64,000 nucleotides of DNA, taken from NCBI GenBank assembly GCA_963836075.1, contig CAWIIB010000001.1, positions 320,001-384,000 of the forward strand, read 5' to 3'. This DNA comes from an uncultured Acidobacteriota bacterium (GTDB taxonomy: Bacteria; Acidobacteriota; JAQAZP01). A model generated the notes under the pieces. It made no database searches, was not told the DNA's origin, and saw nothing but the letters and a program-made list of their open reading frames with translations. Of the stretch, positions 60,157-64,000 are shown piece by piece (position 1 is the stretch's first letter; every line of letters starts with the position of its first letter). A program made the translations under genes and the position numbers.

Positions 60157-60741
60157 ATGAACAGATTCGAAGCACACCGCAACCCCGGCCTTTCCACTTT
60201 CCTTGTCCTGCTGATGGTCCTGGCCCTGGTCCTGGTCCCCTCGGGCTGTAAAAAGAAGGCGCCGGCAGATATGGATACCGCCGACGACGCCGCCGATCAG
60301 GCCGGAGGGCAGAGCGAAAGCCGCGAGGACCTCGATTCCGGCGACATCATCGGCCTCGGTTCCGAATCGCTCCTGGACAGCGAACTCGGCGCTCTGCTTA
60401 CCGATCTCGAGCTCAAGGACGTGCACTTCGCCTTTGACCGCTACGACCTGACCATCACCGCCCAGACCATGCTGCGGGAGAATGCGGAGTGGCTGCGCGC
60501 CAATCCAGGCATGCAGATCATCGTCGAAGGCCACTGCGATGAACGGGGGAGCAACGAGTACAACCTGGCGCTGGGCGAGCGGCGTGCCGAGACGGTAAAA
60601 AATTACCTGGTCTCCCTGGGGATCGACGAGTCGCGGATGAGAGCCATCAGCTACGGCGAGGAGATGCCCCTCGACCCGGCGAGCAACGAGGCGGCCTGGG
60701 CCAAGAACCGCCGGGGCCACCTGCTGGTGGTGTCCCAGTAA
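60157..60741 (+). CDS. pal: Peptidoglycan-associated lipoprotein
   Basis: Lipobox-like [33 protein letters not shown] and KNRR. Confidence 0.95.
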   Translation: MNRFEAHRNPGLSTFLVLLMVLALVLVPSGCKKKAPADMDTADDAADQAGGQSESREDLDSGDIIGLGSESLLDSELGALLTDLELKDVHFAFDRYDLTITAQTMLRENAEWLRANPGMQIIVEGHCDERGSNEYNLALGERRAETVKNYLVSLGIDESRMRAISYGEEMPLDPASNEAAWAKNRRGHLLVVSQ

Positions 60742-60791
60742 GGGACTGCGGTCCCAGGACGGCGCCGCGCCGTTGAAGGAGGTTTCTGGCT

Positions 60792-61655
60792 TTGTGGCAT
60801 AACAACAAAAGAGGAAGCTGGTCGGTCACCGGAGCAGCGGCCCTGACGGCCGCGGTGCTGATGATCGGCCTCGGGCTGGCGCAGCTCACGGGCTGCGCCC
60901 CGAACGAACAGATGGTCAACCTGGAGTCGCAGATGGACCGTCTGACCACCGATGTGGAGCAGTTGCAGCAGTCGGGAGCCGCCAAGGACGGCGCGCAGGA
61001 CCGCGCGCTCAGGCTGCTGGAGGAACGGATCAACACCGTTCAGCAGGAAAACGCCACCCGGGAGGTCAACAGTGAATCGCTGATGAACCAGCTGTCGGCC
61101 CTCTACTCCAGGATGGACGACCTGGAATCACAACTGGCCCTCAGCCTCCAGAAGATGGAGGTGCTGGGCAATTCCATGCAGCGCATGGAACGGCCCGAAG
61201 CCGCGGTGCCGCTGATGGAAGGCACGGAGGAAGGGTCGCTTGAGGACTCCCCGGGCATCCAGGAAGCCGGCTCCCCGGAAGAGCTCTACCGCTCCGCTTT
61301 TGCCGATTACCGCCGGGGAAACTACGAACTGGCCGTGGTGGGGTTCAAGGCCTTCCTCGAGCAGTTCCCGGGGAACAGCGCCGCCGGTGACGCGTACTAC
61401 TGGCTCGGTGAATGCCACTACGCCAACGGAGAGTTCCAGCAGGCGATCAAGTCCTACGACCGGGTGATCCAGAACCACCCGCAGAATTCGCACGTCAGGG
61501 GCGCATATCTGAAAAAGGGCTACGCCTACATCGAATCGAACCAGGTGGCCCTGGGAGTGGTCCAGCTGTACCACATCATCGACAACTTCCCCGGAACCAG
61601 CGAAGCGAACCTCTCCCAGCAGCGGCTGGAGAAGATGGGGCTGCGCCGGCCTTGA
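60792..61655 (+). CDS. cpoB: CpoB/YbgF TPR protein (lipoprotein)
   Basis: LTG-C lipobox, coiled coil and TPR repeats (LY..A, AYYWLGE); follows pal. Confidence 0.88.
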   Translation: MWHNNKRGSWSVTGAAALTAAVLMIGLGLAQLTGCAPNEQMVNLESQMDRLTTDVEQLQQSGAAKDGAQDRALRLLEERINTVQQENATREVNSESLMNQLSALYSRMDDLESQLALSLQKMEVLGNSMQRMERPEAAVPLMEGTEEGSLEDSPGIQEAGSPEELYRSAFADYRRGNYELAVVGFKAFLEQFPGNSAAGDAYYWLGECHYANGEFQQAIKSYDRVIQNHPQNSHVRGAYLKKGYAYIESNQVALGVVQLYHIIDNFPGTSEANLSQQRLEKMGLRRP

Positions 61656-61684
61656 GAACCGTTGTTCCGCGGGGGGGAATGTTG

Positions 61685-61713
61685 TTGACACGGTGGGATA
61701 GGCTCCCTATAAT
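61685..61713 (+). promoter_or_regulatory. Consensus sigma70 promoter for rpsT
   Basis: TTGACA-17 nt-TATAAT, a perfect consensus. Confidence 0.88.
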
Positions 61714-61784
61714 ACGCAACTTGCCGTGAAGTGTGCCCGAATAACGACACTGACCAGTGTTTTGCTGACGGAGTTTACGAGAGA

Positions 61785-62051
61785 ATGCCCAGTCATAAAT
61801 CATCAGAGAAGCGGATGAAGCAGGAGGTGGTGCGGCGCCAGCGCAACCGTTCCAACAGCTCGAGCCTGCGCACCCAGATCAAAAAGCTGCGCAGCGCGAT
61901 CAGCGAAGGCGATGCCGCGAAGTGCGGCGAACTGCTCACGCCCACCACGTCGCTGATCGACAAATCGGTGCAGAAGGGTGTGATCCACCGCAACGCCGCC
62001 GCCCGCTACAAATCGCGGCTGACGAAACAGGCGTCCAAGGTGGGTGACTGA
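61785..62051 (+). CDS. rpsT: 30S ribosomal protein S20
   Basis: KS..KR, RN...S.LRT.IKK and KGVIH.N.AAR.KSRL. Confidence 0.96.
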   Translation: MPSHKSSEKRMKQEVVRRQRNRSNSSSLRTQIKKLRSAISEGDAAKCGELLTPTTSLIDKSVQKGVIHRNAAARYKSRLTKQASKVGD

Positions 62052-62075
62052 TCGCGGATTCCACCGGGCCGGGAA

Positions 62076-63104
62076 TCATTTTTCCAGCGATTCCCGGCCT
62101 TGCTGTGTACGGCTGGTGATCAGCCTGGCGGCCAGGGCCACCAGCACCACCGGCGCGATGGCCTTGTCAGTACGCTTGAGATAGGCGTCGGCCCAGGCCA
62201 GGTTGGGAAAGCTCTCCGCCAGCCGGTGGTCGTCGAGGCTGCGCAGGTCATTCAGCAGTTTCCTGGCCAGCCATTGCGGGAGGTTCAGTGCCGCCGGCAA
62301 CCGTGATTCGCTGCCATCTTCCTCCAGAGCCGCCCGAACCGACAACAGCCGCCGGTAGTGCCCGGCGATCAATCCCAGCAGCGGTATCGGCTCTTCCCCG
62401 CTCTCCATCAGCCGGCCCAGGAGCTTCAGGGCCTCCTTCTTCTCCCCGCGGGCCAATAGCGGGGGCAGCGCGAACACCGACTCCTGTGCAGTCCGCCGGA
62501 GCAGTTCCTCCAACCGCTGGACGGTGATCGGGCCGTCACTGCCGGCGTGGAACAGTTCGATCTTCTGCAGTTCGGTCTTCAGACGGTGCAGGTCGGAGCC
62601 CAGATACTGCACGACGGTATGTGCCGCACCGGGCTGCAGAGCCATCCCGCGCTGCCGGAAGTAGTTCTCGACCCAGGAGACCAGCTTGCGGTCCTCGGTG
62701 GGCGTGAACGACCTGCACTGCCCGGCCTTTTTCTCCAGATTCTTGATATATTTCTTTTTTCTCTCCGGCTTGGCGCCGTAACAGAGGATCAGGCACGTGT
62801 CCGGTGAAGGGTCGGAGAGGTATCCGTCAGTCAGTTCAGTGATGCTGTTCCACTTCCACTTCTCCATCCGTTTGAGCACCACCACTCGTTTCTCGGACAT
62901 GACGGGGAGGCGGTTGGCCGAGGCGGCCACCTCTTCCGGCCCCACCTCGTCGGCATAGAGGACCTCCAGGTCGAAGGGGCGCGACTCCTCTTCGCAGAGG
63001 GCGTCAATGGCGTCCCGCACCTCCTTCTCCATCATGAAGCTGTCTTCGCCGTAGAGATAGGTTACCGGGGGATACCCTCCTGCGGCCTGTCCTGCACCAC
63101 TCAC
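62076..63104 (-). CDS. holA: DNA polymerase III delta subunit
   Basis: YLYGED, P.MSEKRVV.LK and ELQK; downstream of lptE and convergent with rpsT. Confidence 0.88.
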   Translation of the reverse strand: MSGAGQAAGGYPPVTYLYGEDSFMMEKEVRDAIDALCEEESRPFDLEVLYADEVGPEEVAASANRLPVMSEKRVVVLKRMEKWKWNSITELTDGYLSDPSPDTCLILCYGAKPERKKKYIKNLEKKAGQCRSFTPTEDRKLVSWVENYFRQRGMALQPGAAHTVVQYLGSDLHRLKTELQKIELFHAGSDGPITVQRLEELLRRTAQESVFALPPLLARGEKKEALKLLGRLMESGEEPIPLLGLIAGHYRRLLSVRAALEEDGSESRLPAALNLPQWLARKLLNDLRSLDDHRLAESFPNLAWADAYLKRTDKAIAPVVLVALAARLITSRTQQGRESLEK

Positions 63105-63646
63105 TAGAAACCCTCCAGCACCGCGGTGACCAGACTTTCGGCAAAATCCTCGGCCAGTTCCTCGAGGGTTTCCCTCTCCCGGGGAGAAAACTGAAGGTTG
63201 GCGTCATCGGGGAAATTGTAGCTGTCGCTATACTCGAAATATTTGTTCTCGTACAGGATGCGGTTTTCCACCATGTCGGCCAGGGCCACCTTGACCCGGA
63301 CAAAGACTTCGTAGGAGGTGGCCTGCCCCGGTTCGCTGAACGAGGTGGGTATGGCGTAGTACGAGGTGATTTCCCCGATCAGCACGGCGTCGACGCCGTC
63401 CTCTTCGGGCAGCACCTCGAAATCCCCGCGGGTGATCAGGTTGTTGATCACGTGGGAGGTGAAGATCTGTTCCAGGCGGAACTTCCGTGTCTTGTTCTTG
63501 AACATCGGCACGCCGATGCTCTTGATATGGTCGGGGAGGAAAGATCCGTACCCCACCAGCGCATAGCCGCAACCCAGCGACTGGCTCAGCAGAAACAGGG
63601 ACGCCAGCAGCAGCACCGCCACCCGGGTAGTGGTCCGAATCTTCAT
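63104..63646 (-). CDS. lptE: LPS assembly lipoprotein LptE
   Basis: Lipobox LG-CGY, LP.HIK.I.VP.F.N.T and DAVL.G.I; upstream of holA. Confidence 0.82.
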   Translation of the reverse strand: MKIRTTTRVAVLLLASLFLLSQSLGCGYALVGYGSFLPDHIKSIGVPMFKNKTRKFRLEQIFTSHVINNLITRGDFEVLPEEDGVDAVLIGEITSYYAIPTSFSEPGQATSYEVFVRVKVALADMVENRILYENKYFEYSDSYNFPDDANLQFSPRERETLEELAEDFAESLVTAVLEGF

Positions 63647-64000
63647 CGGCGGTTCACCTCATCCCCCAGCTCGAAACGAACCGTGGGGGCCCCGCGGGTG
63701 GGGCTTTGGACCCGTGTCCGGCGCTCCCCCATAAAGGAGCCGTCGTTGAAAAAGCACAGACGGTATTCACCCTCCTCCAGATCGGTGAAGGAGAAGACTC
63801 CCCGGCGCACGGCAGCCACCCTTGCGGGACAGACCCAGGTTGGATCCGCCGGGAGAAGGCGCACCTCGTCGGGCGCGGGAACCCCGCTGCCCGGGCGCAC
63901 GGAGACCTGTCCGATACAGCAGGGTTTGTACTGCACCGGTTCGTTCCGGCGCACCGCCATCCCCTGCCGAGCTTCCAACCCGGGCAGCACGTCGGTCTCC
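63643..64000 (-). CDS. Hypothetical protein, C-terminal part (beta-sandwich, carboxypeptidase-regulatory-like); 5' end outside the window
   Basis: Open frame to the window edge with G.FSF.DL..GEY.L; its stop overlaps the lptE ATG. Confidence 0.55.
   Translation of the reverse strand, partial: ETDVLPGLEARQGMAVRRNEPVQYKPCCIGQVSVRPGSGVPAPDEVRLLPADPTWVCPARVAAVRRGVFSFTDLEEGEYRLCFFNDGSFMGERRTRVQSPTRGAPTVRFELGDEVNRR

Overview
This is a GC-rich chromosomal segment from a diderm bacterium (Tol-Pal, LptE, MCE/Mla, Lgt and LspA are all present). Gene order and content resemble Acidobacteriota or Desulfobacterota, but the taxonomy cannot be proven from sequence alone. Most of the window is housekeeping: aspS / phoH-7TM-HD-ybeY-corC-era-mgtE-recO-ppdK; yicC-gmk-rpoZ-coaBC-udg-priA; ileS-lspA-lgt-rluD-tolQRAB-pal-cpoB-rpsT; and lptE-holA. 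It also carries a surface-glycan locus (four GT4 enzymes, a WcaJ-like phosphotransferase and a UDP-GlcA decarboxylase), two GT-C membrane glycosyltransferases and three large secreted multidomain proteins. The main finding is that two unrelated secreted proteins 27 kb apart (an FG-GAP repeat protein and an M4/M36-type metalloprotease) end in the same ungapped 121-aa C-terminal domain, about 50% identical by hand count, which I do not recognise. It is a candidate lineage-specific protein sorting or surface-attachment signal. Several genes are split by single-base indels. Four of these sit at + strand GGTAC whichever strand the gene is on, which points to basecalling errors at a methylated GTAC motif rather than real pseudogenes. 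I saw no rRNA, tRNA, CRISPR array or transposase.
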